Assembly: GCA_030650415.1 (NCBI GenBank)
Contig: JAUSEG010000006.1
Coordinates: 1-50,874 of the forward strand
Length of the DNA stretch: 50,874 nt
Source: a bacterium
GTDB taxonomy: Bacteria > Patescibacteriota > Patescibacteriia > Patescibacteriales > GWC2-42-12
Direction of reading: 5' to 3'
The notes under the pieces were generated by a model. That model did no database searches and was not told the DNA's origin. It saw nothing but the letters and a program-made list of their open reading frames with translations. Of the stretch, positions 1-8,015 are shown piece after piece. A program made the translations under genes and the position numbers. Each line of letters starts with the position of its first letter. The stretch's first letter is position 1.

Positions 1-1594
1 GCATCTGTATAAAAACAGGGTTTAAGGACTCTGTTTTTATTTTATTTAAGCCATTAAACATCGGTTCGAACATCGCCGAATTTTGTTTTATAGCTTGAGA
101 GTTCCCCAAAATATATTTAAAGGGTTTTTGTATATCTATAGCCAATTTTCCGTCCTTTAGTATTTGGTTCGAACCTAAACAGGCCAGTATCTCTTTTCTG
201 GTCTGCAGGTCGCCATTTTTAAACCAATAACTGGCATAGCAGGCAAAGTTAAAAGTTTTTTCCGATAATTCCAGCCATTGATCGGCCCGGTGTTCTGTGT
301 CCCTTAACCTTTCAGTCATACCGTCTCTTTGCTTTATTAACTGGTTTTTCTGTCTAAGATATTCATCGTCATCAATTAAATTTTTAAACCGCATCTTGGT
401 AAGTTCGTCAATTTCTCCTTGGACTTGGTTATAGGTTTTTTGCTGATTCTGGTAAATCGTTGTTCTGCCGTCTATTTCTTGGTCGTTCAGTTTATTCAAC
501 CATTTTATCGCCCAATCTTTAAAGCTTTCCGGTATTTCAATTTGTTTTAAATAACCGGCGACTTGTTTTTCCAATTCTTTTTCTTCAATGCACTTTTGCG
601 AGCAATCGGGATTTTTCCTTTTCGTGCAATGATAGTAGGTATAGGTTTTATTTTGCCCGGTCAGTTTCATTATTTTAGTTTTCGTTTCGGCCGTGATTAA
701 AGCCCCGCATTCGCCGCAGCGCATCGAGCCTCTTAAAGGAAAGTCATGTTTTTTAGGCCTTGGCTTGCCCTTCCCGCCCAGTAAAAATTGCACCCGGTCG
801 AATTCCTCGCTGGTTACCATCGGTTCATGCTTGCCAATTTTAATTTCCCCTTGGCAGTGTATCTCGCCAAAATAAAAAGAATTGGTAAAGATTTTATACA
901 AAGTGCTTAGGGCCAAAGGTCTGCCGCCGGACTTTCTTCTTTTAGGAGTTCTAAAGCCCCATTCATTATTGGCCATTTCCCAGATTTGTCTAACCGAATA
1001 ATTGCCGGTTAGCATTAAATCCCACATTTTCCTGATTAGTTTAAATCTTTCAGGATCTGTCAGTATTTTTTTCTCGCCTTTATCGCAAAATTTATCGTTT
1101 CTATAACCTAGAGGCGCGACGCCCGGCATCCAGCCATTATCATATTTAGTTTTTAAGCCTCTTTTAGTATTTTTGCTTAAATCCAATATAAATTGATTGG
1201 CCATGCCGAACTCTACGGCCATGAGCAAGACATTATCTCCTGGCCAATATTCCCTGTCAGAGGCCTGGATATGCTTAATTTTGCCCTTCTGGAGCATATC
1301 TATTAGGTTGCCGCCGTCAATCATATTGCGCGCCAGCCTATCAAGTTTCCAGCAAATAATTCCCTGCGCTTCGCCGCTATCTATTCTTTTGATTACTTCA
1401 TTGAATATCGGCCTGCCGGTGGCTTTAGCCGACTTTGATTCGGTCAAAATATCAATCACTTTAAGATTCATTGTCTCGGCTATCTTTTTTAGTTCATTTA
1501 ACTGCGATTCAATGGATAAAACCTGGCGGTCTTCAGTTTCAGAAGACTTACGGCAGTAAATGATATAATTTATTTTAGAATTTTTATTATTCAT
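1..1594 (-). CDS. Large serine recombinase (partial; C-terminus runs off the left window edge)
   Basis: Absent from the ORF track because it is open to the window edge. Reverse-strand translation from the ATG at 1594 gives MNNKNSKINYIIYCRKSSETEDRQVLSIESQLNELKKIAE...GIICWKLDRLARN, a resolvase-type catalytic domain. Further on it gives ...FPLRGSMRCGECGA...YYHCTKRK, a recombinase zinc ribbon. I checked by hand that the frame at 700-742 agrees with the ATG at 1594, and that it stays open from about base 121 down to base 2. Confidence 0.85.
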   Translation of the reverse strand, partial: MNNKNSKINYIIYCRKSSETEDRQVLSIESQLNELKKIAETMNLKVIDILTESKSAKATGRPIFNEVIKRIDSGEAQGIICWKLDRLARNMIDGGNLIDMLQKGKIKHIQASDREYWPGDNVLLMAVEFGMANQFILDLSKNTKRGLKTKYDNGWMPGVAPLGYRNDKFCDKGEKKILTDPERFKLIRKMWDLMLTGNYSVRQIWEMANNEWGFRTPKRRKSGGRPLALSTLYKIFTNSFYFGEIHCQGEIKIGKHEPMVTSEEFDRVQFLLGGKGKPRPKKHDFPLRGSMRCGECGALITAETKTKIMKLTGQNKTYTYYHCTKRKNPDCSQKCIEEKELEKQVAGYLKQIEIPESFKDWAIKWLNKLNDQEIDGRTTIYQNQQKTYNQVQGEIDELTKMRFKNLIDDDEYLRQKNQLIKQRDGMTERLRDTEHRADQWLELSEKTFNFACYASYWFKNGDLQTRKEILACLGSNQILKDGKLAIDIQKPFKYILGNSQAIKQNSAMFEPMFNGLNKIKTESLNPVFIQM

Positions 1595-1662
1595 AAAAAG
1601 TTATTCAATGTTTTAAATTATAGCACTATTTTTTATTATACAAAAGAATTTAAAATATTATT

Positions 1663-1815
1663 TTAACTTTTTATCGGTTTGTAAATTTTACTAAATAATC
1701 CTAATAGTTTATAGCCCAACGCCAAAACTTCTTGGTCAGACAAATGTCGGCCAAATTCGTTATAATATATTTCTTTTAGCTCATCGCGGGCTTTTTTAGG
1801 AATTTCAGGACTCAT
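1663..1815 (-). CDS. Small hypothetical protein (50 aa)
   Basis: ATG at 1815 and TAA at 1665-1663. Product is MSPEIPKKARDELKEIYYNEFGRHLSDQEVLALGYKLLGLFSKIYKPIKS. It is below the track cutoff but co-oriented and tightly packed with its neighbours. No family recognised. Confidence 0.35.
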   Translation of the reverse strand: MSPEIPKKARDELKEIYYNEFGRHLSDQEVLALGYKLLGLFSKIYKPIKS

Positions 1816-1931
1816 TATATTTACTGTTTATTTTTTTATAGTTTAATCCGGAAGCATAGATTGGACATTCCGGGGGTGGCAATTCAATTTTTTCATTGTA
1901 GATAAAAGCACCAAATTGCAAAGAATTGATT

Positions 1932-2192
1932 TTAAGCAGAAACCACTGCCGCTCTTTTGGCCTCTCTGGCTTTTTTGAACCGGTCAGCTATTTCTTGTCT
2001 TTGCTTATCTGTAAAAATTCTTTTTTTGCCTTCCGCCGGTCGTTTGCCAAAGCGACAGGGGAACAGAGCGCAAGATGTTGACTGTATGCCATCACAAGTG
2101 CACAGTTTTACTTCTTTGGCGCTGCCGCCTACGCAGTCGAGGCATTTTGCTCTAATTAATTTTAGCGGAGAGATACATTTTTTATTATCCAT
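1932..2192 (-). CDS. Small Cys-rich (putative zinc-binding) protein with basic tail
   Basis: Track ORF of 86 aa. Cys pairs CLDC...CTC...C...C are followed by a Lys/Arg-rich C-terminus. No family recognised. Confidence 0.5.
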   Translation of the reverse strand: MDNKKCISPLKLIRAKCLDCVGGSAKEVKLCTCDGIQSTSCALFPCRFGKRPAEGKKRIFTDKQRQEIADRFKKAREAKRAAVVSA

Positions 2193-2214
2193 ATTTTTAA
2201 GTTAAAAATAATTT

Positions 2215-2880
2215 TATTGCATTAAGCATTTCCACCGCCTCCGCGTTCGTGGCTGGACACGGCTGGCGTGAGGCGGTAGGGGACGAACGCCGGCAACGAA
2301 ACGAAAATGCCGAGAATAAAGAACGGTCGTTTAAGGAGTGAAGTTTTATTTTTTAAAGGCCGAGCCTCCGCTTCCGAAGAAGCGGTGGCCTTTAAAAAAT
2401 AAAACTTCGATTTAATGGCGGGTTAAAGCGTGAATGGCTAAAAAGGTTTGAGCGCGTCCGACGGCGGGCGTGCGCCTAACTCGATTTTTTAAGACGCCTC
2501 TAAGGTCGTCGTAAAAAACAAGTTAGGCGACGCCCTTGAGCCTGCATCGCCAAGTTCGGCGTGTCGTGGCGCGAAATTAAATGCCGTGAATTGGAGTGGT
2601 CGGGCGAAATCCCACGATAACGGCGGAAAGCGAAAACTAAAAATTTAAAAATTGAAATTGCGAAACGGCCGTCCGAAAAATAGCAAACGCTTGAAACCGG
2701 CGAAGCGTTTAATATTTTTCCGACCGCCGTTTCTTTAGATGAGGTTATCTTTTAAATTTTCAGTTTTCGCTCACCGCCTGCCTGAATGGCACGGTAAATG
2801 CCGAGAGGGAAGAGTGCTCGGAAGTTGCGGGCGGGGAAGTGTTAGTGCGGCTCGCCAAGTTATTGCTCCGCCCGCTGAAA
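2215..2880. ncRNA. Large G+C-rich, ORF-free, multi-helix structured element (candidate large ncRNA, or a DNA-level ori/packaging/recombination structure); strand unresolved
   Basis: There is no credible ORF. G+C is visibly far above the flanks. Nested long helices:
- 2340-2361/2387-2408 (22 bp perfect), capping 2368-2374/2379-2385.
- 2445-2457/2530-2542, enclosing 2473-2481/2521-2529 and 2485-2496/2507-2518.
- 2630-2650/2750-2770, enclosing 2662-2682/2713-2733 and 2685-2692/2703-2710.
- 2232-2241/2270-2279.
- 2827-2834/2868-2875. Confidence 0.55.
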
Positions 2881-2883
2881 TTA

Positions 2884-3447
2884 TTAATGTGCGAATAAAA
2901 CGCCTTGTTGTAAATTAACGCCATATTTATCGGTGGCTTTTTGGAATATGGCCAGAATGTCTTTATCAACATCATCGTTGCCGGTAAGTACCTGATAGCG
3001 GAGTTTCATTAATTTTTCTAAATCGCTAACATCAAAAACATAGTTATTGCTCGTTGCCCGGAGTTTAATCTGTTTAAACGCCAGATCGATTAATTCTATG
3101 GTTCTTTGCAGGTGAACGGATTGGGCTGTGGCCTCGCTGATTAAATCATGATTGATTATCTTAGCGGTAATTTCCATCTGCCGGTCAAAGTAATTCGCGA
3201 AATGTCGTGACATGGTGGACTTGGAAAATAAAATATTATGCTTTTCTTTCATGGCGTCGATTATCTGGTGCTGTTTTAGGCCGTTATTTCTTAGTTCGTG
3301 AATTTTTATCATATAGGGCGATTTGCAGATTTCGCAAGGTTTTCTGCAAACTCGTTCGATTTTCAGTTTTTCCAGTTCGTTATTTTTTTCCAATTCGGGC
3401 GATGCGGGATTTTCTGTTTTTTCGTCTGGTTTTGTTTTTTCGTTCAT
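2884..3447 (-). CDS. Hypothetical DNA-binding-like protein (CxxC followed by a helical/HTH-like segment)
   Basis: Track ORF 2884..3492. I prefer the internal ATG at 3447 (MNEKTKPDEK...), because the extension MHLTILITIIIFLKI overlaps the AT-rich repeat region. CRKPCEICKSPYMIKIHELRNNGLKQHQIIDAM resembles small phage/plasmid DNA-binding proteins. Confidence 0.5.
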   Translation of the reverse strand: MNEKTKPDEKTENPASPELEKNNELEKLKIERVCRKPCEICKSPYMIKIHELRNNGLKQHQIIDAMKEKHNILFSKSTMSRHFANYFDRQMEITAKIINHDLISEATAQSVHLQRTIELIDLAFKQIKLRATSNNYVFDVSDLEKLMKLRYQVLTGNDDVDKDILAIFQKATDKYGVNLQQGVLFAH

Positions 3448-3466
3448 AATTTTTAAAAAAATGATA

Positions 3467-3615
3467 ATTGTTATAAGAATTGTTAAATGCAAATTGTTAA
3501 ATACAGATTGTTAATACATATATAGGGCGGGGGTCGGATTTAACCTTGGGCAAGAGTCGGATTTAACCTTTAGCTGGTGTTGGATTTGACCTTAACCGGT
3601 GTTGAATTTAACCTG
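3467..3615. repeat. Origin-like region: four ATTGTTA direct repeats plus four 15-bp iterons
   Basis: ATTGTTA occurs at 3467, 3479, 3493 and 3507. The iterons are GTCGGATTTAACCTT at 3533 and 3556, GTTGGATTTGACCTT at 3579 and GTTGAATTTAACCTG at 3601. Their spacing is 23, 23 and 22 bp. The region lies directly downstream of the wHTH gene. Confidence 0.7.
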
Positions 3616-3653
3616 AGTGTTGATAACTTTTTTTGGCGATTTTATAACATTTA

Positions 3654-4169
3654 TTAATCTGCATAGTCAAGTTGCTCTTCTGAAAACGGCTGGACAAATC
3701 TGTTGCTATTATTTCTCTTCCGAAACTGGCTATCATTTTTTTCAATATTCATTTGCTGTTGATTCCTCAATCTTACATTTTTATCCTCGCCGGCTTTCCT
3801 TGGATTGATGCAGCTGTCAGGAAAGACTAGTGTATAAATTTTAGATTGGCTGTTTTCCTTTTTCCTTTTTTTAACCCAGCCCCTTTGCACCAACTCTTTT
3901 ATATGGTCTTTTATTCTTTCCAATGACATCCCGAGCGCCTTGGCCATACGCCTTTGTTTCCAAAAGCTTTCCCCGTATTTATTAGAAACCAGGTAAAGGA
4001 ATAGCCAAACCATTTTAGCCCCCTTAGTTACTGTTTTATCACGCAGATATTCGCCCGGAATGCTTGCGTAGCGTTTTAGCGTTTTGCTTAAACCAGCCTC
4101 GCGCTTGAGATCTTCAGGCGACTTGAATTCGGGCTCTTTAAATTGTTGCTCTTCCATCGTATCTGGCAT
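3654..4169 (-). CDS. Winged-helix protein, replication-initiator-like
   Basis: Track ORF of 171 aa. AKMVWLFLYLVSNKYGESFWKQRRMAKALGMSLERIKDHIKELVQRGWVKK is a typical wHTH segment. The gene is adjacent to the iterons. Confidence 0.5.
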   Translation of the reverse strand: MPDTMEEQQFKEPEFKSPEDLKREAGLSKTLKRYASIPGEYLRDKTVTKGAKMVWLFLYLVSNKYGESFWKQRRMAKALGMSLERIKDHIKELVQRGWVKKRKKENSQSKIYTLVFPDSCINPRKAGEDKNVRLRNQQQMNIEKNDSQFRKRNNSNRFVQPFSEEQLDYAD

Positions 4170-4304
4170 TTTATTTTAATTTATTTGCTTAATTGCAGGG
4201 CCTAAAATTTTTTCCATACAAAAAAACTAAGTGTCATACTTAGTCTATAAAACCAATAAATATTTGTATATGAAACTAAAAACGGGGTTTTAAATTCCTA
4301 AATT

Positions 4305-5141
4305 TTATCCAGGATATCTAATATCATCTGCGTATAATAAATGGCTCCACACCATTTTATTTATATCTGAATCTTTGCATTCTTTGGGCATAAGACTGGA
4401 GAATTCATCTTCAAGCGTCAACCTTGTTTCTTTATATGACTTCTTGTTAATTCTCCGTAATTCATAAGCTCTTAAGTTTCTTTTGTACAGCTTATTTTTA
4501 TTCATGTTAATTTGCAGTTTATATTTATTTTTGTAAGCTCGCTTTTTTATTTTAAGTTCATGTTTAATAAACTTAAAATCCCCGATTTCGGTCGCCTCAT
4601 GAATCTTAATTGTAAGATCGTCGTTGACCTTCGGCAAATAGTCGGCTAGTATTGATTCTCTATGCTTTATTGTCAGATTCTTTGGTATAGTTAAAAGCCT
4701 GGCGCTAATAGGTTTTTTCCAAACACGATGATTTCTTCTCACGAGATAATAAATAAAAGATTTGCCGACTATAATTTCTTTTATAAGGCCCAGGATATTG
4801 TTTTTTCTTGTTGGGTAGGGCCGGTTAATTTTTTCCGCTTCTTTTTTAACTGAATCATAATCTGAGTGTAGCGAAGAAATATTTTTATCTATTTCTTGAA
4901 TCTTCGGCCCTTCTTCGGGGATTGAATCGGCCCAAATGTTAAATGCCCGGTCTATTAATTCATCAAGGTTAGCCGCTCCAGCAAATTTGTCTTTGTTTTT
5001 ATCGAATAAATCGTCGGGTATTTTAAACATGACTCTGAAGTCTTCTATTTCCAAAGTAACCCTTTTATTTCTATATATTCCTATAATATTAGATTCAATT
5101 CTATCTAAGATTATTTCTTTGGCAGATTTAGTCTTAAGCAT
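4305..5141 (-). CDS. Hypothetical protein (278 aa, Lys-rich)
   Basis: Long track ORF with no competing frame. No motif recognised. Confidence 0.5.
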   Translation of the reverse strand: MLKTKSAKEIILDRIESNIIGIYRNKRVTLEIEDFRVMFKIPDDLFDKNKDKFAGAANLDELIDRAFNIWADSIPEEGPKIQEIDKNISSLHSDYDSVKKEAEKINRPYPTRKNNILGLIKEIIVGKSFIYYLVRRNHRVWKKPISARLLTIPKNLTIKHRESILADYLPKVNDDLTIKIHEATEIGDFKFIKHELKIKKRAYKNKYKLQINMNKNKLYKRNLRAYELRRINKKSYKETRLTLEDEFSSLMPKECKDSDINKMVWSHLLYADDIRYPG

Positions 5142-5347
5142 AAGTTTTGTTATTTGTCTTTATTTTACCTTAATATTAAAATTCAATCAAAGCGGACTTT
5201 TATTTTTGTTGAAAGAGAATTTAAAAGGTGATATACTTTTGTTATCAGAAGATTGTAATAATCGCCAAGCCGAACAACTAGCCAGTCTAAAAATCGTAAC
5301 TGGTTTGATATCGGCATTGACGAATTAATAAATAATAAAATATAAAG

Positions 5348-6331
5348 ATGCCGATAGATCAAGGCAGAGCATTTGAATATGCCTGCATATCAGCGTTAAA
5401 TGAAGCTATCACTCGAGCCGGTCAAAACCCGACAATAAATCGGGATAGTAGTTTTGAAATCGCCGAGCAAAATTTTAATTTATTAGCCGATGAAAATAGG
5501 GAGCATGCGGAAGATTTGCGCAAAGCCGCTAGTAAAGTTTCCGAAACGCTTTTAAAAACAGAGCCAAAGCTCAATACGGCTGAAGACTCTTTTCGGGAGC
5601 TAACGCTTTCAATACAGCCTGACACGGCCGGGATGTCTGGAGATGTGCGGGATGTTATTGTTATAAAAGCAAGTACTGGAAATCAAGATAATTGGGAGAT
5701 CGGATTATCTTGCAAGCATAATCATCAAGCGGTTAAGCATCAGCGGGTTTCACCAACAATTGATTTTGGCGATATCTGGCTTGGATTTCCTTTGAGCCAA
5801 GATGAAAAATTAGAGTTGAATAGAATATTTGGGCAAATTGATAACGAGATAGCGGGCGGAAAAATAAAATGGTCTGAAGTAGAAACAAAAGAGGATCGTT
5901 ATTATATTCCAATTTTAAATTTAATTTTGGGAAAAATAGGAAACCATCCCGAGCAGAGCCAATTAGCCAATCATTTTCTCGGGTATTTGATAGGGAAAAA
6001 AGATTTTTACAAAGCAATCTACCGGCAGGCGAAGGGTACTGTTCAGATTCAGGGCTTTAATTTATACGGAAGCTTAAACAAACCAGCGGGGAGTCGGCGC
6101 CCGGAACAAAATATAAACAGGATTAATTTGCCGGAAAGAATTATAGGCTGTGGAATTAAGCCCGGCAGCAAGACCACCTTAGAAATCTTTTTTGACCGGG
6201 GCTGGCAAGTATCTATGAGAGTGCATAATGCCTCTACACGCTTAGAAAAGAGCCTTAAAATGGATGTTGGGCTTATAGGCAATCCCCAAGAATTATTTAG
6301 TTTTACACATACATTAAATGACAACCAATAA
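5348..6331 (+). CDS. Type II restriction endonuclease, HaeIII-family-like
   Basis: The 327-aa ORF overlaps the start of a HaeIII-like C5 methylase by 14 nt. The N-terminus MPIDQGRAFEYACISALNEAI resembles what I recall of HaeIII/NgoPII-type enzymes. The assignment rests mainly on context. Confidence 0.6.
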   Translation: MPIDQGRAFEYACISALNEAITRAGQNPTINRDSSFEIAEQNFNLLADENREHAEDLRKAASKVSETLLKTEPKLNTAEDSFRELTLSIQPDTAGMSGDVRDVIVIKASTGNQDNWEIGLSCKHNHQAVKHQRVSPTIDFGDIWLGFPLSQDEKLELNRIFGQIDNEIAGGKIKWSEVETKEDRYYIPILNLILGKIGNHPEQSQLANHFLGYLIGKKDFYKAIYRQAKGTVQIQGFNLYGSLNKPAGSRRPEQNINRINLPERIIGCGIKPGSKTTLEIFFDRGWQVSMRVHNASTRLEKSLKMDVGLIGNPQELFSFTHTLNDNQ

Positions 6332-7400
6332 TTTAAAAATTGCATCTTTATTTTCTGGCTGCGGCGGGTTAGACCTAGGCTTTGACAAAGCTGGGTTTTA
6401 CGTTGTTTGGGCAAATGAATTTGATGGCACAATTTGGGAAACATTTGAATTTAATTTTCCAAAAGTAAAGCTGGATAAAAGGAGTATCGTAGATGTTCCG
6501 GCTTCTGAAATTCCCGATATTGATGGGATGATAGGCGGTCCGCCATGCCAAAGCTGGAGCGAGGCTGGGGCGGGTAGGGGAATAAACGATAAGCGAGGCC
6601 AGTTATTTTATGATTATATCCGCATACTTAAAGCAAAGCAGCCGAAATTTTTTCTTGCTGAAAATGTTTCCGGCATTCTCCACCCGCAACATGCCAAAGC
6701 TTTTACGAATATTATCCAAGAATTTAAGAATGCTGGATATGAAGTGTCTTATAAACTTTTGAACGCCAACGATTATGGCGTCCCCGAGGATAGGCTCCGC
6801 GTGATTATAGTCGGTTACCACAAAAAATTGAAAAAGAAATTTGAATTTCCAAATCCCCTAAAGAGCAAGCCAGTTTTGAAAGATGCCATTTTTGATTTGC
6901 GCTTGGCAAAGCCTGCTAAAGATAAAAATAAAACTAATGGCGATGTTTTAAAGGTTCCGAACCATGAATATATGAATGGTGGCTTTTCGACTATTTATAT
7001 GTCCCGAAATAGGGTGAGGGGTTGGGATGAGCCATCGTTTACCATCCAGGCAGGCGGAAGGCATGCCCCAATTCACCCTCAAGCCCCCAAGATGAAATTT
7101 ATTAGCCAAAATAAACGAATTTTTATGCCGGGCAAGGAAAAATTATATCGCCGCCTTTCGGTTAGGGAATGTGCACGAATACAAACATTCCCTGATAATT
7201 TTATTTTTAAATATCGTGATATAGCAGATGGGTATAAAATGATTGGGAATGCAGTGCCTGTTGAATTCGCCCGCCACATTGCAAATAAAATATGCCAGGA
7301 TTTAAGCGGTATATCGGAGGCATTAAACTATGGACAAATTTACCAAAGAAAAGAGGAGCGAGATTATGTCAAAAATTCGCTCGCAAAATACCAAAGTTGA
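6318..7400 (+). CDS. DNA (cytosine-5)-methyltransferase, M.HaeIII-like (probable GGCC specificity)
   Basis: Motifs FSGCGGLDLGF (I), GGPPCQSWS (IV), ENV (VI), QTFPD and GNAVP (X). The variable region HEYMNGGFSTIYMSRNRVRGWDEPSFTIQAGGRHAPIHPQAP closely parallels M.HaeIII as I remember it. Confidence 0.9.
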   Translation: MTTNNLKIASLFSGCGGLDLGFDKAGFYVVWANEFDGTIWETFEFNFPKVKLDKRSIVDVPASEIPDIDGMIGGPPCQSWSEAGAGRGINDKRGQLFYDYIRILKAKQPKFFLAENVSGILHPQHAKAFTNIIQEFKNAGYEVSYKLLNANDYGVPEDRLRVIIVGYHKKLKKKFEFPNPLKSKPVLKDAIFDLRLAKPAKDKNKTNGDVLKVPNHEYMNGGFSTIYMSRNRVRGWDEPSFTIQAGGRHAPIHPQAPKMKFISQNKRIFMPGKEKLYRRLSVRECARIQTFPDNFIFKYRDIADGYKMIGNAVPVEFARHIANKICQDLSGISEALNYGQIYQRKEERDYVKNSLAKYQS

Positions 7401-7734
7401 AATTTTAATTTTTCGTGAGTTAAGGAAGCGAAAAATATATTTTCAAAAGCATTATAAAAAAATTCTTGGTTGCCCGGATATAGCTTTGCCAAGAAAAAAG
7501 AAAGCAATATTTATTGATGGAGATTTTTGGCACGGATACCAATTTTTAAGATTAAAAAAGAGATTACCCAAAAAATATTGGTTAAAGAAAATTGAAGGCA
7601 ATGTAAAGCGCGACTTAAGAAATCGCACACAATTGAAACGCGCTGGTTGGAAAATTTTAAAAATTTGGGAGCATGAGATTGCTAACGATTTTACAAAGAG
7701 CATGAATAAAGTAATTAACATTTTGGGAGATTGA
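7330..7734 (+). CDS. vsr: Very short patch repair endonuclease
   Basis: KEKRSEIMSKIRSQNTKVE...FIDGDFWHG...GWKILKIWEHE is the Vsr signature. The gene overlaps the 3' end of the methylase by 71 nt in another frame. Confidence 0.85.
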   Translation: MDKFTKEKRSEIMSKIRSQNTKVEILIFRELRKRKIYFQKHYKKILGCPDIALPRKKKAIFIDGDFWHGYQFLRLKKRLPKKYWLKKIEGNVKRDLRNRTQLKRAGWKILKIWEHEIANDFTKSMNKVINILGD

Positions 7735-7779
7735 CTATAAAATAAAATACCAAAATTAAAATATAGTCATTTTAATTTA

Positions 7780-7808
7780 TTGACTTTAGGTTTATGATTT
7801 GGTAAGAT
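7780..7808 (+). promoter_or_regulatory. Sigma70-like promoter TTGACT-N17-TAAGAT
   Basis: TTGACT lies at 7780-7785 and TAAGAT at 7803-7808, about 20 nt upstream of the riboswitch P1 stem. Confidence 0.5.
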
Positions 7809-7829
7809 AAAAGTACAATTGAATAGTTA

Positions 7830-7934
7830 AGTTATCAAGAGTGCAGCGAGGGAACTAGCCCGACGACCTGCCAGCAACCCCGGAGCAATCCATCCGGAAG
7901 GTGCCAATTCTAGCCCGACAAGGGAAAGATAAAG
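7830..7934 (+). promoter_or_regulatory. SAM-I (S-box) riboswitch aptamer
   Basis: GTTATCAAGAGTGCAGCGAGGGAACTAGCCCGACGACCTGCCAGCAACC...GGTGCCAATTCTAGCCCGACAAGGGAAAGATAAAG matches the S-box blocks in order. The blocks are TTATCAAGAG, GAGGGA, GCCCGA.GA, GCAACC, GGTGC.AATTC and AGATAA closing P1. Confidence 0.9.
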
Positions 7935-7954
7935 GTCGATTTTTTATTGGTAAA

Positions 7955-7996
7955 ATAAAAAACTCTTTCTTTTCTCGGGGAAGAGGTTTTTTATTA
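7955..7996 (+). terminator. Riboswitch expression-platform terminator
   Basis: CTCTTTCTT (7963-7971) pairs with GGGGAAGAG (7977-7985), with some G-U pairs. A T6 run follows one nucleotide later (7987-7992), about 24 nt before the downstream ATG. Confidence 0.55.
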
Positions 7997-8015
7997 ATTA
8001 TTAACAATTAAATTT

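Larger units (their letters stand above)
1..5200. mobile_element. Partial integrative plasmid/phage-like element (recombinase, small proteins, structured non-coding block, iteron origin, Rep-like wHTH gene); right boundary approximate, left end outside window
   Basis: All genes lie on the minus strand. The combination of serine recombinase, iterons and a wHTH initiator-like gene suggests a mobile element. No att sites were identified. Confidence 0.45.

Noticed and set aside
693-1559. Plus-strand track ORFs 693..875 and 1197..1559
   Set aside because: They lie antisense inside the serine recombinase reading frame. They have low-complexity, Ser/Leu/Ile-rich composition, and one uses a non-ATG start. 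They are shadow ORFs.
2760-2975. Minus-strand 71-aa ORF overlapping the structured block and the end of the next gene
   Set aside because: It overlaps the 3' end of the 2884-3447 CDS and runs through paired helices. Its composition is odd and it has no ribosome-binding site.
3448-3492. N-terminal extension MHLTILITIIIFLKI of the 2884..3492 track ORF
   Set aside because: The extension is encoded by the AT-rich ATTGTTA repeat region of the putative origin. The internal ATG at 3447 gives a normal hydrophilic N-terminus.
3533-3615. CRISPR array (also considered for 38797-38943)
   Set aside because: The repeats are 15 bp long with 7-8-bp gaps, or are 7-8-nt tandem units. There are no 25-40-nt unique spacers and no cas genes. 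Iterons and simple repeats explain them better.
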